A DNA stretch of 64,000 bases from Candidatus Zhuqueibacterota bacterium (GTDB lineage: Bacteria; Zhuqueibacterota; Zhuqueibacteria; Thermofontimicrobiales; Thiofontviventaceae), in the NCBI GenBank assembly GCA_016926625.1, contig JAFGOE010000125.1:21341-85340 (forward strand). Direction: 5' to 3'. Both the position numbers and the translations under genes were made by a program. The notes under the pieces are model-generated. The model was not told the origin of the DNA. It did not search any database and worked only from the letters and a program-made list of their open reading frames with translations. Below, in pieces: positions 19,481 through 30,015 of the stretch; the first letter of the stretch is position 1, and each line of letters begins with the position of its first letter.

Positions 19481-20926
19481 ATGAACATCAGCTTGCAACA
19501 AAAAATGGCATTGAAACTACAGCAATCTCCGCAGCAAGTTCTGCTCTCCTCCCTGCTCCAGCTACCACTTACGAGCCTGGAGCAGAGAATTAGAACCGAA
19601 CTGGAACTAAATCCATTCTTAGAAGAAGATCTTACTATGGAAGAAACCATGGAAGAGGAGATGGAATTAGTCGAGGCGGAAGAAGAGCCGTTATCGGAAG
19701 AAGAACAGGAGTACGAGGGAGATATCGCCAAGGCGGAACGGGATGAGGACAAGGAATTGGATTGGGATACGATATTGAACGATGAGAATAACTACGAGGT
19801 CAAACCTCCGAAGGACGATAGCGCGGAGACATATGAGAAACCCGATGTGTTAGTTACCACGCTATCGGATTATCTGCTCAGTCAATTACACATGTCTAAA
19901 TTAGACGATACGCAGATGGTGATTGGTGAGTACATCATCTGGAACATAAATGACGACGGTTACCTCTCTATCGAGATAGAGATCATTGCGAACAATTTTG
20001 GTGTGACCATCGAAGAAGTCCTGACCGTACTCAGAACAGTTCAGCGCTTCGATCCTGTAGGCATCGGAGCCAGAGATTTACAGGAATGCCTGCTGATACA
20101 ACTCGAAGAGATGGAGGACAAAAATCAGTTAGCGATCGAGATCATCAGAGACCACTTCGAAGATTTTAAAAATAAGCGTTTCGAAAAGATCACCAAGAAA
20201 ATGAATATATCCGTTGAAACGTTTAAAGAAGCCTTCGCTGAAATTCTGAAATTAAATCCCAAACCTGGCGAAGGGTACACCAATTCAAATCAGATGTACA
20301 TCATACCGGATATCACGGTGAAGAAGGAGAATGGCGAATTTAACATTTACATCAACGACTGGAACGTCCCGCATTTGAGGATCAATAATTCATATAAGAA
20401 ATTGTACCTGGACGGGAAAAACACATCCAAGGAAACGAAGGATTACATCAAAAATCGTTTGGAATCAGCACGCTGGCTAATTAACTCCATCCATCAACGG
20501 CGGATGACGATCCTTAAGGTGATGGAGGCGATTATTAATAAACAGCAGGAGTTTTTCGAAAAGGGCGCTAACTATATCAAACCCATGATTTTGAAAGACA
20601 TTGCTGAGCAGATCGACATGGATATATCGACGGTGAGTCGGGTGACGAATGGGAAATACGTTCAAACCGACTTCGGGGTGTTTGAGCTAAAATATTTCTT
20701 CAGTGAAAAGATAAAACGTGATGGTGGCGAGGATGTTTCCAATAAGAAGGTGCGAAACAGAATAAGGGCCATCATCGAAAAAGAGGACCCGAAGAAGCCT
20801 CTGAACGATCAAAAAATAGCAAACTTACTGAAAAATGAAGGCTTTAACGTCGCTCGTCGCACCGTAGCCAAATATCGGGAGCAGATGCAGATACCAGTCT
20901 CTCGTTTACGACGCAAACTAATATAA
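19481..20926 (+). CDS. rpoN: RNA polymerase sigma-54 factor
   Basis: The Gln/Leu-rich region I is LQQKMALKLQQSPQQ and an acidic region II follows. The C-terminal RpoN box is ARRTVAKYRE. It lies downstream of lptB, the conserved arrangement. Confidence 0.9.
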   Translation: MNISLQQKMALKLQQSPQQVLLSSLLQLPLTSLEQRIRTELELNPFLEEDLTMEETMEEEMELVEAEEEPLSEEEQEYEGDIAKAERDEDKELDWDTILNDENNYEVKPPKDDSAETYEKPDVLVTTLSDYLLSQLHMSKLDDTQMVIGEYIIWNINDDGYLSIEIEIIANNFGVTIEEVLTVLRTVQRFDPVGIGARDLQECLLIQLEEMEDKNQLAIEIIRDHFEDFKNKRFEKITKKMNISVETFKEAFAEILKLNPKPGEGYTNSNQMYIIPDITVKKENGEFNIYINDWNVPHLRINNSYKKLYLDGKNTSKETKDYIKNRLESARWLINSIHQRRMTILKVMEAIINKQQEFFEKGANYIKPMILKDIAEQIDMDISTVSRVTNGKYVQTDFGVFELKYFFSEKIKRDGGEDVSNKKVRNRIRAIIEKEDPKKPLNDQKIANLLKNEGFNVARRTVAKYREQMQIPVSRLRRKLI

Positions 20927-20952
20927 CGCAACATTAACTGGGAGGTACAGAC

Positions 20953-21969
20953 ATGCAGGTTAGCAGAGATGGGAATATCCGTTTCGGAGACGACGAAATC
21001 AAAATACCTCAACCGAACAAACAATTTTTTCTCATTGTTTTTGTTATTTTACTCGTTTTGATTTTAATCCTATCTTCAGTTTATACGATAAAGACGGACG
21101 AAGTGGGTGTCATTAAACGATTCGGTAAGTACACGAACACGACGATGCCGGGATTGCATTTCAAATTACCGTTAGGTATCGATACCGTGACGAAAGTGAA
21201 GGGCAGCAATTTCATATTCCCTGTAGAATTCGGATATCGCACAGTAAGGGCTGGTGTGAAGACGCAGTTCAGTAAAGGTAGTGCCTATGAAGAAGAGGCA
21301 CTGATGTTGACCGGTGACCTGAACTGCGCCGAGGTAACCTGGGTCGTCCAATACAGAATCACAAATCCAAAGGATTATTTATTTAACGTATACGGCACAC
21401 CACTTGAGGGCCCTATCAAGACATTTAGAGACATCTCAGAAGCCGTGATGCGCAAAGTGGTGGGCGACCACAGTGTGGATGAAGTAATCATCTTGAATCG
21501 ACGTGAGATAGCACAGCAAGTTAAAAAGGAGATGCAGACTATTTTAGACGAATATAAAATCGGAATGACAGTCGAAACGGTTGAGCTCCAGGATGTTAAT
21601 CCCCCTGATCCGGTTAAACCCTCCTTCAATGAGGTCAATGAAGCCAGGCAGGAGATGGAGAAAGTAATCAACGAAGCGTATGAAGCGTACAACAAAGTGA
21701 TTCCGCGCGCCTCGGGCGAAGCTGAAAAGACGATCAAGCAGGCTGAAGGTTACGCGTTGAATCGAATCAACGTCGCAGAGGGTGATGCGAATAAATTTAA
21801 ATCGATCTACGACGAATACAGGCTTTCGAAAGATGTAACGAGAAGACGACTGTACATAGAAACATTAAATGAAATACTACCGAAAATAAATCGTAAATAT
21901 ATCGTCGATAAGGATCTCGAAAACATTGTACCTCTGTTGCAATTTGATGCGAAAGGAGGTCAGCAATGA
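20953..21969 (+). CDS. hflK: FtsH protease modulator HflK (SPFH/band-7)
   Basis: The product has an N-terminal TM helix followed by an SPFH domain. It is paired with a downstream hflC-like gene. Confidence 0.8.
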   Translation: MQVSRDGNIRFGDDEIKIPQPNKQFFLIVFVILLVLILILSSVYTIKTDEVGVIKRFGKYTNTTMPGLHFKLPLGIDTVTKVKGSNFIFPVEFGYRTVRAGVKTQFSKGSAYEEEALMLTGDLNCAEVTWVVQYRITNPKDYLFNVYGTPLEGPIKTFRDISEAVMRKVVGDHSVDEVIILNRREIAQQVKKEMQTILDEYKIGMTVETVELQDVNPPDPVKPSFNEVNEARQEMEKVINEAYEAYNKVIPRASGEAEKTIKQAEGYALNRINVAEGDANKFKSIYDEYRLSKDVTRRRLYIETLNEILPKINRKYIVDKDLENIVPLLQFDAKGGQQ

Positions 21970-22913
21970 AAAAAGGAAGATTTTTATTTTATGCCATCGC
22001 AATTTTGATCTTTTTGTTTCTGCTTCTGATGAGTGAGATATTTTATATCATCGATGAAACGAAACAGGTTGTCATCACACAATTCGGTCGTCCTGTCGGA
22101 GAGCCGAAGACGAATGCGGGACTCCATGTAAAATTGCCGTTTATTCAGGATGCGAACTATTTTGAAAAACGGCTGATGGAATGGGACGGGGTACCAACAG
22201 AGATCTCGGCCAAGGATAAGGTCTTTATCGAGATCGACACGTACGCGCGATGGAAAATCGTGGATCCGCTCAGGTTTTTCGTGTCTGTGCGTAATGAGAT
22301 AGGTGCCCAGGCTCGACTGGACAATATCATCGACGCTGCGGCTCGAGATCAGATCACGAGTTTTGTTCTGCTCGAGGTCGTTCGCAGCAGTAACCGTAAA
22401 ATGGAATTCATCGAGCCCGAGCTTGATGTCACTTCAGCCGGGTTAATGGATACAACGACAGTAGGAAGAGAGAACATCGCCAGGGCGATATTAGAGGATG
22501 GGTCAATAAAATTGATCGAACACGGTATTGAATTAGTCGATGTGCGCGTTAAACGGATCAATTACATCGAATCCGTTCGACAGAAAGTATTTGAGCGTAT
22601 GATCGCCGAGCGGCTTCGAATCGCTGAAAAATACAGATCAGAAGGCCAGGGCGAAAAAGCCGAGATCGAGGGATCGATGGAAAAGGAGTTGCAGCGAATA
22701 CGATCGGAGGCGTACCGGCTTGCTCAGGAGATCAAGGGTAAATCGGACGCTGAAGCGATTCGTATATATGCCGCAGCCTATGAAAAGGATCCTGAATTCT
22801 ACTCGTTCATGAGAACATTGGAGACATACAAAAATACGATCGATGAAAAAAGTTATCTCATTTTAAACACGGAAAGCGATTACTTTAAATATTTGGAAAG
22901 CATCGGCAAATAA
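21966..22913 (+). CDS. hflC: FtsH protease modulator HflC (SPFH/band-7)
   Basis: The product has a TM helix plus an SPFH domain. It overlaps hflK by 4 nt. Confidence 0.8.
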   Translation: MKKGRFLFYAIAILIFLFLLLMSEIFYIIDETKQVVITQFGRPVGEPKTNAGLHVKLPFIQDANYFEKRLMEWDGVPTEISAKDKVFIEIDTYARWKIVDPLRFFVSVRNEIGAQARLDNIIDAAARDQITSFVLLEVVRSSNRKMEFIEPELDVTSAGLMDTTTVGRENIARAILEDGSIKLIEHGIELVDVRVKRINYIESVRQKVFERMIAERLRIAEKYRSEGQGEKAEIEGSMEKELQRIRSEAYRLAQEIKGKSDAEAIRIYAAAYEKDPEFYSFMRTLETYKNTIDEKSYLILNTESDYFKYLESIGK

Positions 22914-22949
22914 TGGAAAATTTAATCAGAACTAGTGTAAGAGGAATAG

Positions 22950-23477
22950 ATGTTTAGAGCGACTACCATTTTAGGCATCCGGCATCAAGGCAAGGTCGCC
23001 ATGGGGGGTGATGGCCAGGTAACCCTGGGTGACATGGTGATCAAGTCTCAGGCTAAGAAGATCAGAAAGCTGTATAACGACTCCATATTGACGGGATTTG
23101 CAGGGACTTCAGCCGATGCATTCACACTATTCGAAAAATTCGAGAGTAAACTCGAGCAGTACCGGGGCAACTTAAACCGCGCCGTCATAGAATTAGCTAA
23201 GGAATGGCGAAGCGATAAATATCTTCGTCGATTGGAAGCACAATTAGCCGTTTTGAGTAAAGAGAATTTATTTCTTGTATCAGGAAACGGTGATATTCTC
23301 GAACCGGATGATGATATCATAGCGATCGGTTCAGGAAGCGGTTTCGCACTTGCTGCTGCCAGAGCATTGCGAAAATACAGCGATCTGGATGCTGCTGAGA
23401 TCGTGAGAAAATCGATGGAGATAGCCGGATCGATCTGTATCTATACTAATACCAACATCATCGTTGAAACCCTGTGA
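22950..23477 (+). CDS. hslV: ATP-dependent protease HslVU, peptidase subunit
   Basis: The Ntn-hydrolase start is [21 protein letters not shown] and [14 protein letters not shown] is present. Confidence 0.9.
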   Translation: MFRATTILGIRHQGKVAMGGDGQVTLGDMVIKSQAKKIRKLYNDSILTGFAGTSADAFTLFEKFESKLEQYRGNLNRAVIELAKEWRSDKYLRRLEAQLAVLSKENLFLVSGNGDILEPDDDIIAIGSGSGFALAAARALRKYSDLDAAEIVRKSMEIAGSICIYTNTNIIVETL

Positions 23478-23486
23478 GGCATATTC

Positions 23487-24839
23487 ATGGAAGAATTGAC
23501 ACCAAGACAAATTGTGAAAGAGCTGGACAAGTATATCATCGGACAGGACAAAGCGAAAAAATCAGTAGCGATCGCCTTGCGAAATCGGTGGCGCCGGCAG
23601 CATGTGAACGACGAGATACGGGATGAAATCATGCCGAACAATATTATCCTGATCGGGCCTACCGGGGTTGGAAAAACGGAGATCGCACGGCGATTGGCAC
23701 GCCTGGCCAACGCGCCGTTTATCAAGGTTGAAGCGTCAAAGTTTACTGAAGTCGGTTATGTGGGACGCGACGTCGAATCGATCATCCGTGATCTCGTCGA
23801 TCTCAGCGTCTCCATGGTTCGAGCGGAAAAAACTGAGAGCGTCCAGAAAAAAGCAGAAGAATTAGCCGAAGAGCGACTCCTCGATGTATTGCTGCCCCCG
23901 ATCAAAAAATCCAAGATCAATAAATCGTCTTCCGAGGAGGATGAATTATATCAAAAAATGGAACGTACGCGAGAGAAATTGAAGAAGCAGTTGAACTCGG
24001 GGCAGTTGGACGAGAGAACCGTTGAACTCAATATCTCTTCCGATAGCTTCCCCATGATGCAGGTGATCTCCCCGATCGGCATCGAAGAGATGGGAATGAA
24101 CATCCAGGATCTGTTAGGTCCCATGATGCCGAAGAAGACGAAAAAACGAAAGATGACGATCCCCGAAGCCAGGCGATATCTGGTTCAGGAAGAATCACAG
24201 AAATTGATCGATATGGACGAAGTGATTAAAGAAGCGATCGAGCGGGTGGAAAATAGCGGGATCGTGTTTTTAGATGAAATCGACAAGATAGCGGGCAGCG
24301 ATTCACAACACGGCCCGGACGTATCGAGATCCGGTGTCCAGCGGGATCTGCTACCCGTGGTTGAGGGGACGAACGTTATCACCAAATATGGGATGGTAAA
24401 AACCGATCACGTTTTGTTCATTGCCTCTGGTGCATTTCATATTTCGAAACCCTCGGATCTGATCCCTGAGTTGCAGGGACGATTTCCGATAAGGGTCGAA
24501 TTGAACAGCTTGACAACAGAAGATTTTGTGAGGATACTTACTGAACCGGAAAACGCTCTCTTAAAACAGTATATTGCGCTGATGGAGACCGAGAATGTCA
24601 AATTGACGTTCACCGATGATGCCATTCGGGAGATAGCGCGCACGGCCGACATAGTAAACGACAAAGCCGAAAATATCGGCGCCCGCCGTTTACATACCAT
24701 CATGACGACCATCCTGGAAGACATTTTATTTGAACTGCCTGGTAGCGACATGTATGAGATCAAGATTGATGAAAAGTACGTACAGTTACGTTTGAACGAT
24801 ATTGTACAAGATGAAGATTTAAGTCGCTACATCCTTTAA
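23487..24839 (+). CDS. hslU: ATP-dependent protease HslVU, ATPase subunit
   Basis: [34 protein letters not shown] is the HslU N-terminus. The P-loop is [15 protein letters not shown]. Confidence 0.95.
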   Translation: MEELTPRQIVKELDKYIIGQDKAKKSVAIALRNRWRRQHVNDEIRDEIMPNNIILIGPTGVGKTEIARRLARLANAPFIKVEASKFTEVGYVGRDVESIIRDLVDLSVSMVRAEKTESVQKKAEELAEERLLDVLLPPIKKSKINKSSSEEDELYQKMERTREKLKKQLNSGQLDERTVELNISSDSFPMMQVISPIGIEEMGMNIQDLLGPMMPKKTKKRKMTIPEARRYLVQEESQKLIDMDEVIKEAIERVENSGIVFLDEIDKIAGSDSQHGPDVSRSGVQRDLLPVVEGTNVITKYGMVKTDHVLFIASGAFHISKPSDLIPELQGRFPIRVELNSLTTEDFVRILTEPENALLKQYIALMETENVKLTFTDDAIREIARTADIVNDKAENIGARRLHTIMTTILEDILFELPGSDMYEIKIDEKYVQLRLNDIVQDEDLSRYIL

Positions 24840-24866
24840 TGACCCCAATAACGATAAATTCAACTA

Positions 24867-25793
24867 ATGAGGCTAAGTACTATGACCAAAGACTTCTTAT
24901 CGATTGCTGAATTGACACGTGATGAGATCGATGACATCTTCGCATTGAGTCAGGAAATTAAATCGAAATTAAAGCAGGGAGAGACCTATCACCCACTCAA
25001 AGGTAAAACGTTGGCGATGATCTTTCAAAAACCATCGGCCAGGACTCGTATTTCGTTCGAAACAGGAATGTTTCAATTAGGCGGACACGCGCTGTATCTG
25101 GCACCATCCGATATTGGCGTGGGCACGAGAGAATCTTATGCCGATGTGGCCAGGGTGGTCTCCCGTTATAATGATATCATCATGGCACGGTTGTTCGGTC
25201 ATGAAGGCATGATCGAACTGGCACGACACTCGGACGTACCCGTCATCAACGGGCTCACAGACCTGTTGCACCCATGTCAGGTGATGGCTGACACGCTCAC
25301 GATTTTAGAGCACCTGGGTAGAGTGGAAGGCGTTCACATCACGTTCGTCGGCGACGGCAACAATTTGGCCAATTCATGGCTGAATTTTGCGTCGAAATAC
25401 CCGGTCAAACTCAACCTGGCCATCCCGGAGGGCTTCGATCCGGATAGTGCAATCTTAAAGAATGCCAGGGCGAATCACGCCAGTGAAATCAATATTCTTC
25501 GCGATCCTGCGGAGGCCGTAAAGAATGCCGATGTCATCTACACCGATGTATGGGCCAGCATGGGACAGGAAGCAGAAGCAGAGAAACGAAATAAAGTCTT
25601 TCAGAGCTATCAGATAAATTCAGCGCTCATCCGGCATGCCAAACCGAACGTGTTGGTGATGCATTGTCTTCCGGCCCATCGCGGTTATGAAATCACCGAT
25701 GAAGTCATCGACGGACCGCATTCGATCGTATTCGATGAAGCTGAAAATCGTCTCCATGTGCAAAAAGCGATCATGGTTAAATTACTATCCTGA
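24867..25793 (+). CDS. argF: Ornithine carbamoyltransferase-family protein (OTCase-like)
   Basis: The carbamoyl-P site is STRTRISFE. The sites DxxxSMG (VWASMGQE) and HCLPAHRG are of OTCase type rather than ATCase (HPLP). Confidence 0.75.
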   Translation: MRLSTMTKDFLSIAELTRDEIDDIFALSQEIKSKLKQGETYHPLKGKTLAMIFQKPSARTRISFETGMFQLGGHALYLAPSDIGVGTRESYADVARVVSRYNDIIMARLFGHEGMIELARHSDVPVINGLTDLLHPCQVMADTLTILEHLGRVEGVHITFVGDGNNLANSWLNFASKYPVKLNLAIPEGFDPDSAILKNARANHASEINILRDPAEAVKNADVIYTDVWASMGQEAEAEKRNKVFQSYQINSALIRHAKPNVLVMHCLPAHRGYEITDEVIDGPHSIVFDEAENRLHVQKAIMVKLLS

Positions 25794-25818
25794 AGAACAT
25801 ATTTATAAATGCCAATCA

Positions 25819-26793
25819 ATGAATATCGAAATAGAACCCTATAGCGACTCGATGTCGGAAACCTGGGATGAGTTTGTATGGAATTCCAACAACGGAACCT
25901 TGTTCCAGACGAGAAAATTCCTGAAATATCATCCCGCAGAACGCTTTGAAGATCAATCACTCGTCTTCAAGAAAAAGAATCAACTGGTTGCCCTGTTCCC
26001 GGCAACTGTACGCTATGAGAACCATCGTAAAATCCTCTCGTCACATAGAGGAGCATCGTACGGAGGAATTGTCACACGTTCGACGGTAAGCATCAAAGAC
26101 TCGTTTCAAATCGTCGAACTCTTAATCGACTATGCGAGGGAGAACGGTTTCAAGGGGATCGATCTTACTCCCCCACCGCAGATCTACTTTACCAAACCGA
26201 CGAACTATGTTGATTTCGCCCTTATGGTCAACGGATTTGGATACAAAAAACGAGAGATATCCAGTGTCATACCTTTATTCTTTCAAAGCGACGAAGTCCT
26301 CGAAACGTTTACGCCCGAATCACGAAGAGCCGTAAGGCGAGCCGTGAAATTAGGGGTGACAATTCAGGAGTCGGATCGATTCGATGAATTTTACGCGATT
26401 CTGCAGAATAATCTCAACATGCGGCACAATGTAAAACCGACTCATACGCTGGAGGAAATATATTTACTCAAAAAAATTTACCCGGATCGGATCAAGCTGT
26501 TCGGAGCATTTCTGGAAGACGGTACGATGATAGCGGGTGTGATCATGTTCAACTGCAATGAAAAAGTAACACTCGCGTTCTACATCAGCCATAACCAGCA
26601 TTACCAGCAGTACAGGGGGGTCAACTACCTCTTTTTTGAGATTATTAAATGGGCGATTTCTCAAGGTTTCAGCTATCTCGACTTCGGGATCTTCACGGTC
26701 GATATGGATCCCAATTGGGGATTAGGCCGATTTAAAGAGAGTTTTGGAGCTTTGGGTGTTTTCCGCGATACATTTCTAAAATATCTGGATTAA
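25819..26793 (+). CDS. FemAB-family / GNAT-fold (aminoacyl- or acyl-transferase) protein
   Basis: A two-lobed GNAT-like architecture is typical of FemAB/COG2348 proteins. The start was moved to MNIEIEPY (ATG 25819). Confidence 0.5.
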   Translation: MNIEIEPYSDSMSETWDEFVWNSNNGTLFQTRKFLKYHPAERFEDQSLVFKKKNQLVALFPATVRYENHRKILSSHRGASYGGIVTRSTVSIKDSFQIVELLIDYARENGFKGIDLTPPPQIYFTKPTNYVDFALMVNGFGYKKREISSVIPLFFQSDEVLETFTPESRRAVRRAVKLGVTIQESDRFDEFYAILQNNLNMRHNVKPTHTLEEIYLLKKIYPDRIKLFGAFLEDGTMIAGVIMFNCNEKVTLAFYISHNQHYQQYRGVNYLFFEIIKWAISQGFSYLDFGIFTVDMDPNWGLGRFKESFGALGVFRDTFLKYLD

Positions 26794-26824
26794 TCTCTGT
26801 GCAGACGATTTTTCACGGATAAAA

Positions 26825-27928
26825 ATGAACCTTGAAAATAAATTGAAAATTTTACACATCGCTCCGGTCAACACCGCAGGTGTTCCTTATGCCTTCATGG
26901 ATGCGGAGCGTCAGCTCGGTTATCAAAGCCGCCTGGTAACGCTCCATCGACATCCCAATAACTTTCCGGAAGATATCTGCCTCGATCTGCCGTTTTTCAC
27001 TTTCCCTGGTATCGATACGATCAAATCAGTACTGCGCCAACATCGTACCACCATCAAGAGCCATAATTTCGAAACGTCCAGTACAGAACTGCCCCCGAAA
27101 TGGAAGCCTGCTAATGCGATTGAAAAGGGATTAATTCACCAGCGGGAAAAGCTATGGTCAAAAAAAATCGCCGCGTTCTGCGACGAGATCGATTTACCGT
27201 CATTCGATATCATCCAGTTGGACGGAGGACTGGGCTTTTATCGTGATGCCAGGATCATCGAGTCGCTGAAGAGATCGAACAAGACCATTGTATGCTGTTA
27301 TACGGGTAGCGACCTGAGGATACGCGGAGTGATTCCGGCCATCGATCGTTTGAGCGACCTGAATGTAACCGTTGAATTCGATCATTTAAAATTACATCCA
27401 AACATCCATCATGTGTTTTTCCCTTTCAATTGGAAGGATATGCCGGAGCCAACACGCAGATCGTCGTCGAATCGAGTGATCATCGGGCATGCCCCTACAA
27501 ACAGGGCTGCCAAGGGAAGCGATATCATCATTCGTCAGGTTCAGGAACTCGAGGCGTTATATCCGATCGAGTTAATGCTCATCGAAAATGTATCGTATCG
27601 TGACGCGCTGCGATTGAAATCCACATGCGATATATTCATCGATCAGATAGGGAATTTAGGTTACGGTATCAACTCCCTTGAAGCTTTGGCGATGAAGATA
27701 CCAACCTGCTCGTGCCTTGCATCTGGTTTTGAACTGCTATATCCGGACCACCCCTTTGTGACCATCGATGAGAGTAACATGAAGTCGAAATTAATCGAAC
27801 TGATTGAAGACACAGATCTGAGAGCGAAAACGGGTCAATACGGACACGACTGGGTGATCGAGCACCACGATTCGCTCAAGGTCGTCTGTAAGATTCACCA
27901 ATTAATAGAAGACGTGCCAAAGCATTAA
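26825..27928 (+). CDS. Hypothetical protein with glycosyltransferase GT-B (GT4-like) C-terminal fold
   Basis: The C-terminal half shows the GT4 pattern (RAAKGSDIIIRQVQEL...DIFIDQ...SLEALAMKIPT...). The N-terminal half is of unknown origin. Confidence 0.45.
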   Translation: MNLENKLKILHIAPVNTAGVPYAFMDAERQLGYQSRLVTLHRHPNNFPEDICLDLPFFTFPGIDTIKSVLRQHRTTIKSHNFETSSTELPPKWKPANAIEKGLIHQREKLWSKKIAAFCDEIDLPSFDIIQLDGGLGFYRDARIIESLKRSNKTIVCCYTGSDLRIRGVIPAIDRLSDLNVTVEFDHLKLHPNIHHVFFPFNWKDMPEPTRRSSSNRVIIGHAPTNRAAKGSDIIIRQVQELEALYPIELMLIENVSYRDALRLKSTCDIFIDQIGNLGYGINSLEALAMKIPTCSCLASGFELLYPDHPFVTIDESNMKSKLIELIEDTDLRAKTGQYGHDWVIEHHDSLKVVCKIHQLIEDVPKH

Positions 27929-27958
27929 TTATACACAAAATCAATAGCTGAGGATATC

Positions 27959-29056
27959 ATGGGATTTAAATGCGGTATTATCGGGCTGCCGAATGTCGGT
28001 AAATCCACTATTTTCAACGCACTGACTGCGCAGCAAGTCGATGCGTCGAATTATCCGTTTTGCACGATAGAACCCAATGTGGGTATTATTCCGTTGCAAG
28101 ATGATCGACTCGAAAAAATTGGGGAATTGACCGGCTCACGGAAAATTACACCCACGACACTTGAATTTGTGGACATTGCCGGACTGGTGAAAGGCGCGAG
28201 TAAAGGGGAAGGATTAGGAAATCAATTTTTAAACCACATTCAAGCGGTCGATGCCCTGGCGCATGTCGTCCGTTGCTTCGACGATCCCAACGTTGCCCAT
28301 ACGAGTGCCGAGCTGGATCCGGTCAGCGACATCGACGTTATCCATACCGAGCTGATCTTGAAGGACATTGAAATCATCGATCGGCGTTTGGAGAAGGACC
28401 GTAAATTAGCCAGAACGGGTGATAAGGATTATAAAAAGCATGTCGACCTTCTTGAACATATCGTGCAGCGACTCAATGAAAATGTCCAGATAAAGCACAT
28501 GGGTCTCGCAGAGAGCGACCTCGTTTTATTGAGTGAACTCAATCTCATCACCATAAAACCAAGTTTCTACATTGCGAACATCGATGAAGGTCACCTGCAT
28601 GACAATCGTTACATTGCCGCCATAAGCGACTACGTCCACCAGTTCGACGAGCCGGTCGTCGCATTTTGCGGTAAAGCCCAGGCCGAAATTTCGCAGCTCG
28701 ATCCGGAGAGTCGCATACTTTTTCTCCAGGAACTGGGTCTGGATGAGGTCGGATTCACTAAGGTCGTCAAGGTCGGTTATAAGGTGCTCAATTTGATCAC
28801 ATTCTTCACCGCGAACGAAAATGAAGCGCGGGCATGGACGATTCCTTACGGTACTCTCGTTCACAGAGCAGCAGGAAAGATTCACAGCGATTTTGAGAAA
28901 GGGTTCATCAGGGCGGAGGTGATCAAATTTGAAGATCTGGTGAGATACGGTTCCGAACATGCTTTGCGGGAGAGCGGGAAAATAGCGGTACATGGTAGAG
29001 ATTATGTGGTTCAGGAAGGTGATCTGATCTTCTTTATCCAGGCCCCGGCTCGATAG
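27959..29056 (+). CDS. ychF: Ribosome-binding ATPase YchF (Obg-family GTPase)
   Basis: The G1 motif is GIIGLPNVGKSTIFNALT. The size is 365 aa and the C-terminal TGS domain is present. Confidence 0.9.
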   Translation: MGFKCGIIGLPNVGKSTIFNALTAQQVDASNYPFCTIEPNVGIIPLQDDRLEKIGELTGSRKITPTTLEFVDIAGLVKGASKGEGLGNQFLNHIQAVDALAHVVRCFDDPNVAHTSAELDPVSDIDVIHTELILKDIEIIDRRLEKDRKLARTGDKDYKKHVDLLEHIVQRLNENVQIKHMGLAESDLVLLSELNLITIKPSFYIANIDEGHLHDNRYIAAISDYVHQFDEPVVAFCGKAQAEISQLDPESRILFLQELGLDEVGFTKVVKVGYKVLNLITFFTANENEARAWTIPYGTLVHRAAGKIHSDFEKGFIRAEVIKFEDLVRYGSEHALRESGKIAVHGRDYVVQEGDLIFFIQAPAR

Positions 29057-29106
29057 CCACGAGTAATGCCACATCGAGGAGGCAGAGGATAGATACAGTC
29101 GAGCAC

Positions 29107-29982
29107 CTATTGCTGTAATTTTGAATGATAAGCCGTCAGTCGGATGACGATTTCGTATGGAATGGTGAAGGATCCCATGGCTGGACCTAATTTTTTATCA
29201 CCGTGATAGTCAGAGCCTCCGCTCTCCTGAAGGTCGTACTGTTTCACAAGTTGTTTATATCGTTCAATCTGGGCTATTGAATGACGCGGATGAACAGTCT
29301 CGATCCCATCGATCCCCAGAGCGATTAAATCGCGCAACCCCTGAAGCTCGATATCAACTCCGGGATGAGCAATAAAACTGATGCCGTTCGCTTCTTTAAT
29401 AATTGTTATCGCCTCGGAAGGTGTAATTTTATATTTAGGGATATAGCACGGACAATCATCACCCAGATACTTCTCGAACGCTTCATTATGGTTCTTCACG
29501 CAGTTTTTCTCGATCAATATTTCAGCGATATGCGGACGTCCGATCGATCTTTCCCCGTACCTGCTTTTCAATTCCTCCCAATCGATGATGATATTGCATT
29601 GTCGCAGACGATGCAGTATCTGTCGGGCTCGATTCATTCTCTCATTCTGGAAATACTTTAAGTATGAATTTAATTGGACGTTATCCGGATCGATAAAATA
29701 ACCGAGGATATGAATCTCAGTACGATCCTTGCGACAGCTTATCTCGATGCCCGGGATGAATTCGATGTCATATTGTTGAGCTAAATTTTTGGATATATTT
29801 AAGGCAGCGACATTATCATGATCCGTAATACTGATCGCCCTCAATTGGAATTTCTGTGCGAGAAGAAAGATCTCTTCAGGAGATAATTTACCATCGGAAA
29901 AATTCGAATGGATATGGAGATCTGCCTTTTGAGGCGTCACTGAGCTAACACGTCGTCTCTTTGGTTCGTGATTCATGTTCAA
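29107..29982 (-). CDS. PHP-domain phosphoesterase, TrpH/YciV (RNase AM)-like
   Basis: The PHP metal-binding start is ADLHIHSNFSDGKLSPEEI...AISITDHDNVAA...IPGIEIS. The size of about 290 aa matches the YciV family. Confidence 0.7.
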   Translation of the reverse strand: MNMNHEPKRRRVSSVTPQKADLHIHSNFSDGKLSPEEIFLLAQKFQLRAISITDHDNVAALNISKNLAQQYDIEFIPGIEISCRKDRTEIHILGYFIDPDNVQLNSYLKYFQNERMNRARQILHRLRQCNIIIDWEELKSRYGERSIGRPHIAEILIEKNCVKNHNEAFEKYLGDDCPCYIPKYKITPSEAITIIKEANGISFIAHPGVDIELQGLRDLIALGIDGIETVHPRHSIAQIERYKQLVKQYDLQESGGSDYHGDKKLGPAMGSFTIPYEIVIRLTAYHSKLQQ

Positions 29983-30015
29983 TTTTCAGGTTTTGGGTGA
30001 TCTTGTTCTAAGATT

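Noticed and set aside
19481-20926. Sigma-54 (-24 TGGCAC / -12 TTGC) promoters in the window, given rpoN is encoded here
   Set aside because: TGGCAC occurrences (near 1804 and 25196, for example) lie inside coding sequence without a correctly spaced TTGCW. No intergenic match was found.
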